From Planctomycetota bacterium (GTDB lineage Bacteria; Planctomycetota; UBA8108; SXIK01): a DNA stretch of 64,000 bases. Position numbers and translations under genes: made by a program. Positions 1 to 9,710 of this stretch are shown piece after piece. The stretch spans positions 800,001 through 864,000 of the forward strand of contig OZ244999.1 of the NCBI GenBank assembly GCA_965223265.1, written 5' to 3'. The stretch's first letter is position 1. Each line of letters begins with the position of its first letter. A model generated the notes under the pieces. That model saw only the letters and a list, made by a program, of their open reading frames with translations. It made no database searches and was not told the origin of the DNA.

Positions 1-1
1 T

Positions 2-880
2 ACGAACGAGGAGCACAAAGCGTTTCAAATCTTCTCGGGTGTGGAATCGTCGTCGCTCGATCGGGTTGTCTTCTCACGCTACTTCGACTGTGAGCCTGCG
101 CCCCACGCCACGGTTGTGGCGACGTTCGACGACCCTGAAGCGACTCCCGCTGTCATCGAGGCGAGCGTCCCAGCTCTGACCGTGCGAGAAACTGACGCGA
201 CTGGCACGCGACCTGACACACTCGACCGCGACGGTGTCGGCGCTGAGATCGCTGATGATGAGGATGGTAGCCCAGGGATCGCCGATCAGAATCGTGGCGG
301 CAAAGTCGTGTTCTTCAATTTCACGGCGGACCGAGACTGGGGGGATTGGCCCACCGATCCGACGTTTCCCGTCATCATGCACGAGTGGGTCTCGTACCTA
401 GCTGGAGCGCCTAGCGAGCGCCGAACGGTTTCGTGTGGCTCACCGCTGGTTTGGCGCACCAGCCCGGGGTTCGAATACGAAGTCGCGACTCCGAGCGGTC
501 GTGTTCAGGTCCTCGAACCATCGCGGCAGCGCCGGAGTTACGCCGAGCATCTATCCTACGCCGAGACGTTCACCGCTGGCTTCTATCGCGTTTGGCCACG
601 ACGACAAGGAGCCGGCGACGCGGATGCTGGGAGCGATGTTGGTCCATTGTGGTACGCAGTCGTGCCCGCGAGAAACGAGAGCGAGCTTGAGCCAGCAGAT
701 GAGTCTCATTTGCTCCGACAATTGCGCGACGCCGGACTTGATGTCACGTCTTCGGGGGGCGGGGAAGTGGAGTCTGGCTCGCGGCGAACGGGCGGTGAGA
801 TTTGGTCGGTGCTGGCGTTTTTCGCCGCCGCCTTGCTTGTCGTTGAACTTCTCTTTGCGGCTTGGTTGGGACGCCGGTGA
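2..880 (+). CDS. 5'-truncated BatA/vWA-type membrane protein, C-terminal part
   Basis: Open frame from the window edge; 'FTADRDWGDWPTDPTFP', 'YAVVPARNESEL' and C-terminal TM 'EIWSVLAFFAAALLVVELLFA' resemble planctomycete BatA-domain proteins; co-oriented with the downstream vWA gene. Confidence 0.7.
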   Translation, partial: TNEEHKAFQIFSGVESSSLDRVVFSRYFDCEPAPHATVVATFDDPEATPAVIEASVPALTVRETDATGTRPDTLDRDGVGAEIADDEDGSPGIADQNRGGKVVFFNFTADRDWGDWPTDPTFPVIMHEWVSYLAGAPSERRTVSCGSPLVWRTSPGFEYEVATPSGRVQVLEPSRQRRSYAEHLSYAETFTAGFYRVWPRRQGAGDADAGSDVGPLWYAVVPARNESELEPADESHLLRQLRDAGLDVTSSGGGEVESGSRRTGGEIWSVLAFFAAALLVVELLFAAWLGRR

Positions 881-882
881 AT

Positions 883-3216
883 ATGGCCGAAAGACTCCTC
901 AGAGGGCTGTTTGGCGTCGACACAGATTCCGACGCTCGCCTCGAATGGCTTGGCGCGCCGTACGGACTCGGCGGGTGGTTCGCATTCTTCCTCGCCGCCG
1001 CGATCGTGACCATCATCGTAGTTGTCTATCGTCGCGAACGCCGTTTGCGTACGTGGCAGCGTCTGCTGCTTGCAACGCTCCGTCTCTTCGCTTTTGCGAT
1101 GGCTTGTTGGATCCTGCTTGATCCGCGTGTGGTCAGAGAGCTCAAGGTCGAGAGACGTGGACAGGCGATCGTACTCGTTGACACGTCGACAAGCATGGAT
1201 GAGCTCGATCCGTCTCAGCAGCAGCAACTCTCTGACAACCGTTCGGCGATCCAGCATTCGCGACTGCAGCAGGCTGTTGATGCGCTCGAGACGCAAGATA
1301 CGTTGTCAGAGCTCGCAGTGACCCATGACGTGCGCCTCTTTGGCTTCGATCGGTCGATCGGTCCGGTTACGGACATCGATGATCTCCTCGCTCCTCTTGA
1401 AGTCGCTTCGGCTGCCGACGCTGAGCCCGCCGTCTACAGCCGCGATGGAACACATCTTGGCAGTGCTATGCGAGCAGCTTTGGAGAGCGTTCAGGGTGAC
1501 CCTGTTGCGGGAGCTCTGATTCTCTCGGATGGTCGATCGACCGGAGGCGAACCGTGGGCTCGAGTCGTCGAAGAGTACGCTGTTCGTGGGGTGCCGGTCT
1601 TCACCGCTTGCCTCGGGGATGAACGGGTTGAGCGTAATCTTTCGGTGTCCAACTTCTCGGCGCCGGAGATCGCTTCTGTGGGATTCAGCATTCGTCTGGA
1701 CGCAGAGGTCCGGATTGTTGGGTTTCAAGGACAAAGGATTGACGTCACGCTCGAACGTGTTGACTCCAACCGCCGACGTCAGCAGATCGCGAAACGTGCG
1801 ATTGCAGTGGAGTCAAGCACGATCGTTGAGCGGTTCGCGTTCTACGACGCGGCCGAGGAAGAGGGAGACTACGAATACGTTCTGCGTCTGCCGCTGCACA
1901 ACAGAGAGAGCGAACACAGCGACAACTCGCGCCGCGTTCGCGTGAACATTCGCAACGAATCCATGCGGGTGTTTCTTCTCGCTGGCAGTTCGACCGCCGA
2001 GTATCGGCGACTCGTTCGATTCTTGACGCGTGATCGAGAGCTTGTGACTTCATGTTGGCTTGCTGGTGTCGGCGCGGATTACCCCCAAAGAGGCGATGCT
2101 CCGATCGGGAAGCCACCACGCCGCCTCTCAGAGCTCCGAGACTACGACGCTGTGATTCTCCTCGATCCGGCACCGAAGTCACTCGACGACGAGGTATTCA
2201 TGGCTGCGCTCAAAGAACTCGTTGTTGAGCACGGAACCGGGTTGGCCTACGTTGCCGGGGAGAACCATTTGCATCCTGGCGCCAATCGATACTTGGCGCC
2301 GCTGCTGCCGGTGGAGTTCGATGGCGGCGGCTGGGACTCGCGTGCGCCATACACCGCACTCTGGCGTCCGATCCTGACGCCGCGCGGACTCGAGCATCCG
2401 ATCTGCCGGCTCCGCGACGATGCTGAAGAGAACGCGTCGGTATGGCTTCGGCTTCCCGGATTCTATTTCTTCGCTGACGGCGCCAGGTTACGCCCGGCCG
2501 CCGTCGAGCTTGCGCGGCACCCTGGTGGAAGCGTTGCTGCTGCGATTCTCCGAGCCGGGAGCGGGTTGTCGATCTACCTCGGTACCGACGATCTCAACCG
2601 CTGGAGTCACGCGCGGCAACCCGGACTGCACGAGCGGTTCTGGTCTGGCGTGGTGCGATTCTTGGTTGCCGGGAAGCGGCTTGCTGGAAAGTTCGCGAGT
2701 GCTCTCTACGTTGACTACGACCGCTACGAAATCGGCGAACGAGTTGAGATTGAAGCGAGCGTTTTGGATGCTGAGAGGGTCCCGGTCGTGCGGTCGCAGA
2801 TGAGCGTTCAAGTGGTGCACGACGGTACGACGGGCATCTCTACGACGCTGTTGTCCCCCGTCTCCGGCCGTCCCGGTTGGTACCGTGGCGCTCTCGAGCC
2901 GAAGGCTGCAGGAGGCTACGCCCTCCGAATGGATGGGGGCGCCGAGGCGACGTTCCGCGTCGTCGTCTTGGCGAATGAGAGCGCCGATTTGACGCCGGAC
3001 CGTTATGCGATGAACGAAATAGCGCGTCGAAGCGGCGGCGAATCGCTGGCGCTCGATTCACTCAGCGAAGTGATTGATCGACTTCCCGACCGTTCGTTCA
3101 CCGAGGTCATCGGCCGCTCGCTCGTGTCGCTGTGGGATTCAGCGTGGGTCCTCGGCTTTCTCTGCTGCGCTTTGATCCTCGAGTGGATTCTCCGCAAACG
3201 ATGGAGTCTGAATTGA
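883..3216 (+). CDS. vWA-domain and class I glutamine-amidotransferase-like membrane protein
   Basis: N-terminal TM helices, MIDAS-like 'LVDTSTSM' and 'LILSDGRSTGG', Ig-like middle region, C-terminal 'ILEWILRKRWSL' TM. ATG at 883 preferred over 862. Confidence 0.8.
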   Translation: MAERLLRGLFGVDTDSDARLEWLGAPYGLGGWFAFFLAAAIVTIIVVVYRRERRLRTWQRLLLATLRLFAFAMACWILLDPRVVRELKVERRGQAIVLVDTSTSMDELDPSQQQQLSDNRSAIQHSRLQQAVDALETQDTLSELAVTHDVRLFGFDRSIGPVTDIDDLLAPLEVASAADAEPAVYSRDGTHLGSAMRAALESVQGDPVAGALILSDGRSTGGEPWARVVEEYAVRGVPVFTACLGDERVERNLSVSNFSAPEIASVGFSIRLDAEVRIVGFQGQRIDVTLERVDSNRRRQQIAKRAIAVESSTIVERFAFYDAAEEEGDYEYVLRLPLHNRESEHSDNSRRVRVNIRNESMRVFLLAGSSTAEYRRLVRFLTRDRELVTSCWLAGVGADYPQRGDAPIGKPPRRLSELRDYDAVILLDPAPKSLDDEVFMAALKELVVEHGTGLAYVAGENHLHPGANRYLAPLLPVEFDGGGWDSRAPYTALWRPILTPRGLEHPICRLRDDAEENASVWLRLPGFYFFADGARLRPAAVELARHPGGSVAAAILRAGSGLSIYLGTDDLNRWSHARQPGLHERFWSGVVRFLVAGKRLAGKFASALYVDYDRYEIGERVEIEASVLDAERVPVVRSQMSVQVVHDGTTGISTTLLSPVSGRPGWYRGALEPKAAGGYALRMDGGAEATFRVVVLANESADLTPDRYAMNEIARRSGGESLALDSLSEVIDRLPDRSFTEVIGRSLVSLWDSAWVLGFLCCALILEWILRKRWSLN

Positions 3217-5996
3217 TGGTGAAGCGGCCCAGGCGTCCTACCCTGCGCGATTCCCTCTTGGCTCTGAACCCAAGGATTCGTCGCTCTCTTCGGCAATTGG
3301 GGTGGTCGGAGATCGTCGTCGTCGTTTGCTGGGGATTCATTCTGTCGCTGGCTCTCGATCGCGTTTTGGAGTTGCCGTGGCTTCTTCGAGGCGGGATTTT
3401 TGTCGCACTCATCTTCGTGCTGACTGCTTTGGTGCGTCGAAGCCGGCGACGGTCGCGCGTCGCGGTGTCCACTGAGCAGTTGGCGACCGCCGCCGAGATT
3501 CGAGATCCGCGCTTGGAGGGTCGGCTCCTGAGCGCGCTCGAGTTGCCGAGGGAGTGGGCACGACAAAAAAAGAGCGGTGCATCAGCTCTGGAGATCGCGC
3601 TGACCGAGCGTGCGGTTCGTGAAATCGGCGTTGTCGCGAGAACTGTCGAGATCGACGGCTCTCTGGACCTGGCACGCGTGCGACGCTGGGTCGGTGCAGC
3701 TGCCCTCTCCGTCGTTGCCGCAGCAGCGGTCGCAGCTTGGCGGTCGAACGACCTCTCGGTTTGGTTTCATCGCGACGTTCTACTCCGGCAAGTCGACTGG
3801 CCGCGGCGAACTCACTACGTTCTATTTCCCGCACATGCCTCGGGCCAGTTCGAAGTGCACGTTGCTCGCCAACAAGATGTCGTTCTTCGGGGATGGGTTT
3901 TGGGCGTGCTACCAGAGGAGGTCCGCATTCAGCGCACGACGAGCGACGGTCGACCTGGCGGCGACCTGATCGTTCGCGTCGAGGGATACGAGCGCGTTCC
4001 CGACTCCGCGCTCCAGACTTGGCGTCAGGCGTTTTCCTCGAACGCCCCCGAGCCGGGAGCTCATGATCCGGCCCAGCGGGATCTGCGAGCAGGACTTAGC
4101 GGCTACCCCTTCGAAGTGTCGACCGGACGCCTCGACGAGTCGACGCAGTTCTTCGCGCGCGGTGGTGACAATCAGAGTCGCCGCATTGACGTCGTTTGCC
4201 ACGATCGACCGCGTCTTGAGGAGCGACGATACCAGCTGCGTTTCCCGAGTTATCTCAACATGCCGCCCGAGAATGTGGAGAATGTGGTTGGGGACCTCGT
4301 CGTCCCCGATGGAACTCATGTCGATGGCCTCTTCAGAGCCAGCACTCCGCTCGAGAGCGCTGAAGTCACGTTTGGTGACTCGGAGAGCCAGCCCCTAGAC
4401 GCGACGGTCGAGGAAGACACCGTTCGTTTCGGTTGGACGAGCAGTCGTACAGGAGTGCTTGAGGTCCGCGTCATGAGCCAGCCGTGGGGGATCAGCGCAT
4501 ATCCTTCCTTTCGACAGCCCGTGATCGTGGAGCCTGATCGCGCGCCAGACGTCACCCTGGAAATCGACAGCGAGTATCTCAGCGTCGCTCCCGACGCATC
4601 CATCGCGCTTTCGTCGACGGCCAGCGACGACCACGGCGTGTCCAGCTGGATCGTGCGCCGCTGGATCGGCGCCGCTTCAGAGCAGTCATGGAGCCGCGCG
4701 GAGAGCCAGCCGGACAATGAGACGGCCATCGACCTCTCACTCGTGAAAGACACAGCCACCGGCATCGACGCCAACGGCAGCCCGACTCACATTCGGGTGC
4801 AAGGAACCTATCGCGGCGAAATTGACCTGCGCCCACTCAGTCTCGCCCCAGGCGACCGGATCGTGCTGCAGGCAGCCGCGGCAGACAATCGTGAGCCCGA
4901 GCCTCAGTGGTCGGAGTCCCAGCACGAAGTCGTCACGGTCGTCGAAGCGGCGACGATCGTGCAGCAAACCGATCTGGCGCGCGTCGAGATCCAAGAAAAA
5001 CTGCTAGAACTCGCAGCCGTGGAAGAGCGCCTTGCCGGAAGCGTGGCTGGAGACCGTTCGGGGTGGGAGACAGAGGCGGAGACAGAGACGGAGACGGAGG
5101 CGGAGACAGAGGCGGAGACAGAGACGGAGACGGAGGCGGAGACAGAGACGGAGACAGACACAGAGACAGAGACAGAGACGGAGACAGAGGCGGAGACGGA
5201 GGCGGAGACAGAGGCGGAGACAGAGACGGAGACGGAGGCGGAGACAGAGACGGAGACAGACACAGAGACAGAGACAGAGACGGAGACAGAGGCGGAGACG
5301 GAGACAGATAATGGCTTCGCCTCCGGACCAGCCTCTGATTCTGCTTCTGGGTCCTCTGATTCTGCCTCCGCCGCTGGCTCTGCCTCGGATTCTGCCTCTG
5401 GTTCCTCTGATTCCGCCTCTGCTTCTGCCTCTGCCTCTGATTCTGCTTCTGGCTCTGCCTCCGCCTCCGCCTCTGCCTCTGCCTCTGATTCTGCTTCTGG
5501 CTCTGCCTCTGCCTCTGCCTCTGATTCTGCTTCTGGCTCCGCCTCCGCCTCTTCTCCTCCTGCCCCGAACCCTTCCAAGCGCCTTGCCGAGCGACAGCGT
5601 GCCGTCGCGGCGGAGGCGAGGGCTTTGAACGAGCGGTTCAAGAAGATGCGGCGAGCTCTGGAGGCGAATCGACTTCTGGATGAGGCGACGGCGGCGAAGT
5701 ATGAGCACGGGGTGGCGGAGCCGCTCGACGAGTTGGTGGAGGAGCGTTTGCCGCGTTCTGCTGAAGAGATCGAGGCGCTTTCAAAGTCTCGGGCCGCGGC
5801 GGAGGATGCGCGTGGGGTTGAGGAGGATTTGAAGGCGATGGCTGCTGACTTGCGGGCGATCGCGGAGAATCTTGCGGGGAGCGGTAGTGAGCGTGAGCTG
5901 ATCCACCGCCTTGAGATGATCCTCGAGTTGCAGCGGCAGGCGCGAGAGGTGACTGATGAGCTGCTGCGTCGGCCGCGGGAGGGGAATGGTCGATGA
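3216..5996 (+). CDS. Large membrane-anchored protein (DUF4175-like) with an ET/SA low-complexity insert
   Basis: TGATG overlap with the upstream stop; N-terminal TMs, 'RLEGRLLSALEL', 'DRAPDVTL', 'SDDHGV', 'AADN' and coiled-coil C-terminus, typical of the third gene of these operons. Confidence 0.7.
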   Translation: MVKRPRRPTLRDSLLALNPRIRRSLRQLGWSEIVVVVCWGFILSLALDRVLELPWLLRGGIFVALIFVLTALVRRSRRRSRVAVSTEQLATAAEIRDPRLEGRLLSALELPREWARQKKSGASALEIALTERAVREIGVVARTVEIDGSLDLARVRRWVGAAALSVVAAAAVAAWRSNDLSVWFHRDVLLRQVDWPRRTHYVLFPAHASGQFEVHVARQQDVVLRGWVLGVLPEEVRIQRTTSDGRPGGDLIVRVEGYERVPDSALQTWRQAFSSNAPEPGAHDPAQRDLRAGLSGYPFEVSTGRLDESTQFFARGGDNQSRRIDVVCHDRPRLEERRYQLRFPSYLNMPPENVENVVGDLVVPDGTHVDGLFRASTPLESAEVTFGDSESQPLDATVEEDTVRFGWTSSRTGVLEVRVMSQPWGISAYPSFRQPVIVEPDRAPDVTLEIDSEYLSVAPDASIALSSTASDDHGVSSWIVRRWIGAASEQSWSRAESQPDNETAIDLSLVKDTATGIDANGSPTHIRVQGTYRGEIDLRPLSLAPGDRIVLQAAAADNREPEPQWSESQHEVVTVVEAATIVQQTDLARVEIQEKLLELAAVEERLAGSVAGDRSGWETEAETETETEAETEAETETETEAETETETDTETETETETEAETEAETEAETETETEAETETETDTETETETETEAETETDNGFASGPASDSASGSSDSASAAGSASDSASGSSDSASASASASDSASGSASASASASASDSASGSASASASDSASGSASASSPPAPNPSKRLAERQRAVAAEARALNERFKKMRRALEANRLLDEATAAKYEHGVAEPLDELVEERLPRSAEEIEALSKSRAAAEDARGVEEDLKAMAADLRAIAENLAGSGSERELIHRLEMILELQRQAREVTDELLRRPREGNGR
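5067..5553 (+). repeat. In-frame low-complexity repeats: (ET/EA)n then (SA/SD)n
   Basis: Hexamer-periodic GAGACA/GAGACG/GAGGCG block at 5067-5306 with a 102-nt tandem duplication (5097-5198 and 5199-5300), then a TCTGCC/TCTGAT block at about 5331-5553. Confidence 0.95.
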
Positions 5997-6084
5997 AGAG
6001 GGCCTGCAGGGGTTCGATGTGGCGACTGGGAACGATTCTGCTTTTCTTGACTGCCGTGGTGACTGACAATTGAGGCGTGATCCA

Positions 6085-7773
6085 ATGAAGTCACGATTCA
6101 TTTCCAACATTGGTGATTGGCTCTGGATTGTCGTGGCTCTGGGCTGTTTGCCCTTCGCGAGTCGCGCACTTTTCGGCCAGAGCGACGTAGCGAACCTCGA
6201 CGCGGCGAAGCGCCTGCAGCGCGAAGTTGAACGGCGCTACCGAGGTCTCCGATCCGCGATCAGCGGGCTGATCAGCATGACGGAAGACGTCGATCGCGCT
6301 GAGCGTCTTGGATTGGCGCTCCGGCGCTCAGACGAGCTCGAGTTGCCGCGGCGGCTGCGTCGGGTGCGCCGCTTACTGGCGAGCCGGCGATTGCAATCAG
6401 CTGCTGACGAGGAGGCTTTGCTCGAGAAAGATCTTGAGCGCGTCCTCAAGTTGCTGCGCGGCGAAGACGACGCCGAGGCGGCGCGGCGCGATAAGGAAGA
6501 ATTGAAGGAGCTGCGCGAAGAGCTGGAGCGTCTCGAGCGACTCAAGGCAAAACAGGAGGAGGAGAGGAATGCGACGGAAGAGCTGACTGCGGGCGAGGCG
6601 CCATCCAGCGGTCAAGCGCTGGAGGAGCGACTACGCCAGCAGCGTTCACTGAAGCGCGACGCCGACGAGCTCTCCAAGAGGCTAAAGCGCAAAGCGGCGA
6701 GTCGACAGCGCGGAACGCCCAGCTCCGGCGGGCAGCGTGGGAATTCAGGACAACGCGGCTCCATGGGGAATGCCCAAGAGGCGATGGCGAACGCTGCGCA
6801 GCGCATGCGTGGAGCGGCGATGCGACTGCGGGCTCGCAACGTTCGCGGCGCCCGACAAGATCAAGACGAGGCATTGACGCAGCTTAAGAGAGCCGCGGAA
6901 GAGCTTGAGAATGAGATCGCGCGGCGGGCGGCTGACGCGCAGGCGAGTGTGATCGGGAAGATCGTCCTTAAGCTCTTCGCGCTCGTGACGGCCCAGGAGG
7001 CGCTGCGGCACGAGACGAACGAGCTTCATGCGGCGGACGATATGGAGCCTGCACAACTCCGCCGCGAAGCGCGTCGACTGGCTCGCGAAGAACGTCTTCT
7101 CAAAGTCGATGTGGACGACGTGCAGCGTCTTGTGGCGAGCAGTGAATCCACCGTCGTGGCTCCACGACTTATGGAACGGGCGCAGTCCGACCTGGAGAAT
7201 GCGGCGACGTTGCTTGCAGCTGGTGAGGCAGGGGACGTCGTGCAGTTCTTGCAAGCGGACGTGGAAAGTTCGTTGCGGGCCGTCCTCGAGGCTTTCAAAT
7301 TGGACATGGATAGCGGCGGTGGTGGTGGCGGTGGCGGCGGCGGTGGAGGAGGTGGCGGAAAAATGAAGAAGGAGAAGATCCCACCGGCCGCAGAGGTGCG
7401 TTTGATCTTGGCCGAACAGCGCCGCTTGTTCGATCGCACTCAGCGTCTTCGCAAGCTCGGGCTGCTGGGTTCTGGAGAGAAGCCTGGCGAGACTCAGCCC
7501 GTGAATCCAGCCCAGCTCGAATTGCTGCGGCAGGGGGAGCGACTTGCCGACAACGAGGCGGCGTTGGCCCGGCTTACCGAAGAGTTCCTCCGCGCGTACC
7601 CGAAGGTGGATGCATTTCTTCTTGGCGCGGAGGCGCCAACCGCGTCGCCGCAATTCGATCGAGACACCTTGCCTGACTTGGATGGTCGCGAGGGAGAGCA
7701 GAGCGTCGAGTCCAGCGACACTCGAAAGCCAGACCCGGAAGCGCGGCAAGTGCCGCCGAAGGAGGAGCCATGA
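6085..7773 (+). CDS. Secreted or membrane coiled-coil protein with a poly-Gly tract
   Basis: N-terminal hydrophobic segment, E/R/Q/L-rich helical sequence, G15 run near 7315-7359, 'PPAAEVRLILAEQ' motif; overlaps the next gene (ATGA). Confidence 0.7.
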   Translation: MKSRFISNIGDWLWIVVALGCLPFASRALFGQSDVANLDAAKRLQREVERRYRGLRSAISGLISMTEDVDRAERLGLALRRSDELELPRRLRRVRRLLASRRLQSAADEEALLEKDLERVLKLLRGEDDAEAARRDKEELKELREELERLERLKAKQEEERNATEELTAGEAPSSGQALEERLRQQRSLKRDADELSKRLKRKAASRQRGTPSSGGQRGNSGQRGSMGNAQEAMANAAQRMRGAAMRLRARNVRGARQDQDEALTQLKRAAEELENEIARRAADAQASVIGKIVLKLFALVTAQEALRHETNELHAADDMEPAQLRREARRLAREERLLKVDVDDVQRLVASSESTVVAPRLMERAQSDLENAATLLAAGEAGDVVQFLQADVESSLRAVLEAFKLDMDSGGGGGGGGGGGGGGGKMKKEKIPPAAEVRLILAEQRRLFDRTQRLRKLGLLGSGEKPGETQPVNPAQLELLRQGERLADNEAALARLTEEFLRAYPKVDAFLLGAEAPTASPQFDRDTLPDLDGREGEQSVESSDTRKPDPEARQVPPKEEP

Positions 7774-9044
7774 GTCGCGTAGGAGTCCGCGTAGGTTTTG
7801 TTCGCCATCGTCGGCCGGTGCTCTCGAGAGTCGCCGCCGCCGTCGCATTCGTTTTCGTCGGCGTCATCGCTGCGGACGAGCCTCGACGGGATCGTGATTC
7901 TGTGACTCCCCGGGTGGATCCCGCTGCCGAATCGACCGAAGACGCTCCCGGCTCACTCGACGACGCGGCGCGTCCTGGTGGATCCGTCGGTACGCCTCGC
8001 TCGACGACAGATTTGTGGGACCGTTTTCTCGATTCCCTGCGTGCATCTGGGCGAGGCGACTTGATCGACGAGCTCTCGCTAAGTGATCGTGCTCGGCTCG
8101 ACTTTGAGCGCGGCGATCTCGTCCGGGCGGTACTGGCGCGCTTCACCCCAGAGCTTCGCAAGTTGCATGCGCTGTTTGCGGGTGATCGTGAGGCGTCGTC
8201 GTTGACGGTCGAAGAGTTGGACGTCGCGATCGCACAAGCTCGTCGGCTGCAGGAGGTCGAAAACCGATTCATCCGCTATTACGGTGACTATTACCGCGCC
8301 TCTTTGGAGCTCGAGATGGCTGACCGTAACTCCTCAGCCGATGCCGGTGATCGTCGCACTTTCGCTCGGGCTCTTCTTGAAGCGCTGGCAGTGGCGGATG
8401 ACTTCTTGCCAGTCGAACTGGCGCACCGCCGCCTGTCGGAGCTCTTCGTCGACTTGAACGAGACGACGCTCGCCATCTTGGAGCTCCAGCTCTTTCTCGT
8501 GGAACTCCCGGAGTCTCGCGCGAGCGAGCGTGCCGAGGCGGAGACGGCGCTCGCCCGGCTCAGAGAGAAGCCGAAGCATCCTGGGCCCGTCAGGGAAACG
8601 AGCCGCCGTATGAGGACAATTGCGGAGAGGTTGAGCGACAGCGATGTCGGTGCCGAAACCCAGCGTGAGGAAGCCGGTGTTGTCGCGGTACTCGACCGCG
8701 TCGCGCGCCTCCTCGAAAAAGTCGACGAAGCTGGCGGGCCGCGCCGCGCCTGCAGTGGAAGCGCGTGCAAACGGGGGAAGTTGGCACCGGGCTCGAAAGC
8801 TGCCAAGGGGCGCGGGCAGGGAACGGCGAATGCGCGTGGCGAAATCACCGACCATGCCAGTGGTCAGGCCGGTGGCAACGCCCTCAGGGAGGAGCCCGAG
8901 CGGCGCGACCGCGAACGCTGGGGCGAAGTGAACGAGGCCGATGTCGCCCGTTCTCTGCGCGAGGTTTGGGAAAAGCTGCCCGGTCGCTACCGGCGCGTCA
9001 TTTCCGACTACTTCCGCGACATCTCCGGTTTGGCTGACGAGTGA
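7770..9044 (+). CDS. Hypothetical secreted helical protein
   Basis: ATGA overlap, signal/TM segment, C-terminal 'WGEVN...LPGRYRRVISDYFRDI' motif common at the end of these operons. Confidence 0.7.
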   Translation: MSRVGVRVGFVRHRRPVLSRVAAAVAFVFVGVIAADEPRRDRDSVTPRVDPAAESTEDAPGSLDDAARPGGSVGTPRSTTDLWDRFLDSLRASGRGDLIDELSLSDRARLDFERGDLVRAVLARFTPELRKLHALFAGDREASSLTVEELDVAIAQARRLQEVENRFIRYYGDYYRASLELEMADRNSSADAGDRRTFARALLEALAVADDFLPVELAHRRLSELFVDLNETTLAILELQLFLVELPESRASERAEAETALARLREKPKHPGPVRETSRRMRTIAERLSDSDVGAETQREEAGVVAVLDRVARLLEKVDEAGGPRRACSGSACKRGKLAPGSKAAKGRGQGTANARGEITDHASGQAGGNALREEPERRDRERWGEVNEADVARSLREVWEKLPGRYRRVISDYFRDISGLADE

Positions 9045-9069
9045 TTGTTGGCACCGGTCCAAAAGCGCG

Positions 9070-9354
9070 TCATTCTGACGGTTTGACGCGCTTTTCGAGG
9101 TACCTCACAGTGTCGAGAAAACTTGAGCCTCGCACGGCCATGACCAGGTCGATCGGGTTGAAGTTCCGCTTGCAGCGAAAGCATCGCGCCAGATTCGTCT
9201 TCGTATTTGTAGCCGTGTCGAACTCTCCACAGCAGGGGCACAGGAAGCGTAGCCAACCGCCGCGGGTTTTCGTCGCCAGTTCCAGAGCGTGAATGGTCGC
9301 GACGATGTCCACTTCGTTTCGCAACCGTCGAAGGTGTTCTGCTGCGATTCTCAC
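9070..9354 (-). CDS. CHC2-like (primase-type) zinc-finger protein
   Basis: 'FLCPCCGE...ARCFRCKRNFNPIDLVMAVRGSSFLDTVRYL' resembles the DnaG zinc-binding domain; overlaps the istB stop. Confidence 0.75.
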   Translation of the reverse strand: MRIAAEHLRRLRNEVDIVATIHALELATKTRGGWLRFLCPCCGEFDTATNTKTNLARCFRCKRNFNPIDLVMAVRGSSFLDTVRYLEKRVKPSE

Positions 9355-9710
9355 GACTTCGTCCGCCTCTTTTTGCTCGCACGCGCCCTTCGTTCCTTCT
9401 CCCGCTGGTGTTTTCGCTCCTCAGACTCCTTGAGGCGGTAGGATTCCGCATCGATTTCCACCACCTCGCAGCGGTGAACAAGCCGGTCGACGAGGGTGAC
9501 AACCACGCCGGAGTTTGGGAACACATCGTTCCAGTCCTGGAAGCTCTTGTTGGTCGTCAGCACGATCGGCTTTTCCTGCTGGTAGCGTCGAGTGACAAGT
9601 TCAAAGAGTAAATCGGCGTGGTCTGCCGAGGTGGAGAGATACCCGAGCTCATCGATTACGAGTAGTCGCGGGCGACAATAGTGCCGTAGTCGTCGCTCCA
9701 GCGCCGAGGT
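9351..9710 (-). pseudogene. istB: IS21-family helper ATPase IstB, C-terminal fragment
   Basis: Walker B 'LLVIDELGYL', 'LLFELVTRRY', 'IVLTTNKSFQDW', 'VDRLVHRCEVVEIDAESYR'; no Walker A or N-terminal half. Confidence 0.85.

Noticed and set aside
4904-6094. 396-aa antisense ORF and R/L/C-rich alternative frames over the ET/SA repeat
   Set aside because: Stop-free frames are a by-product of the hexamer repeat inside a sense gene that fits the operon.
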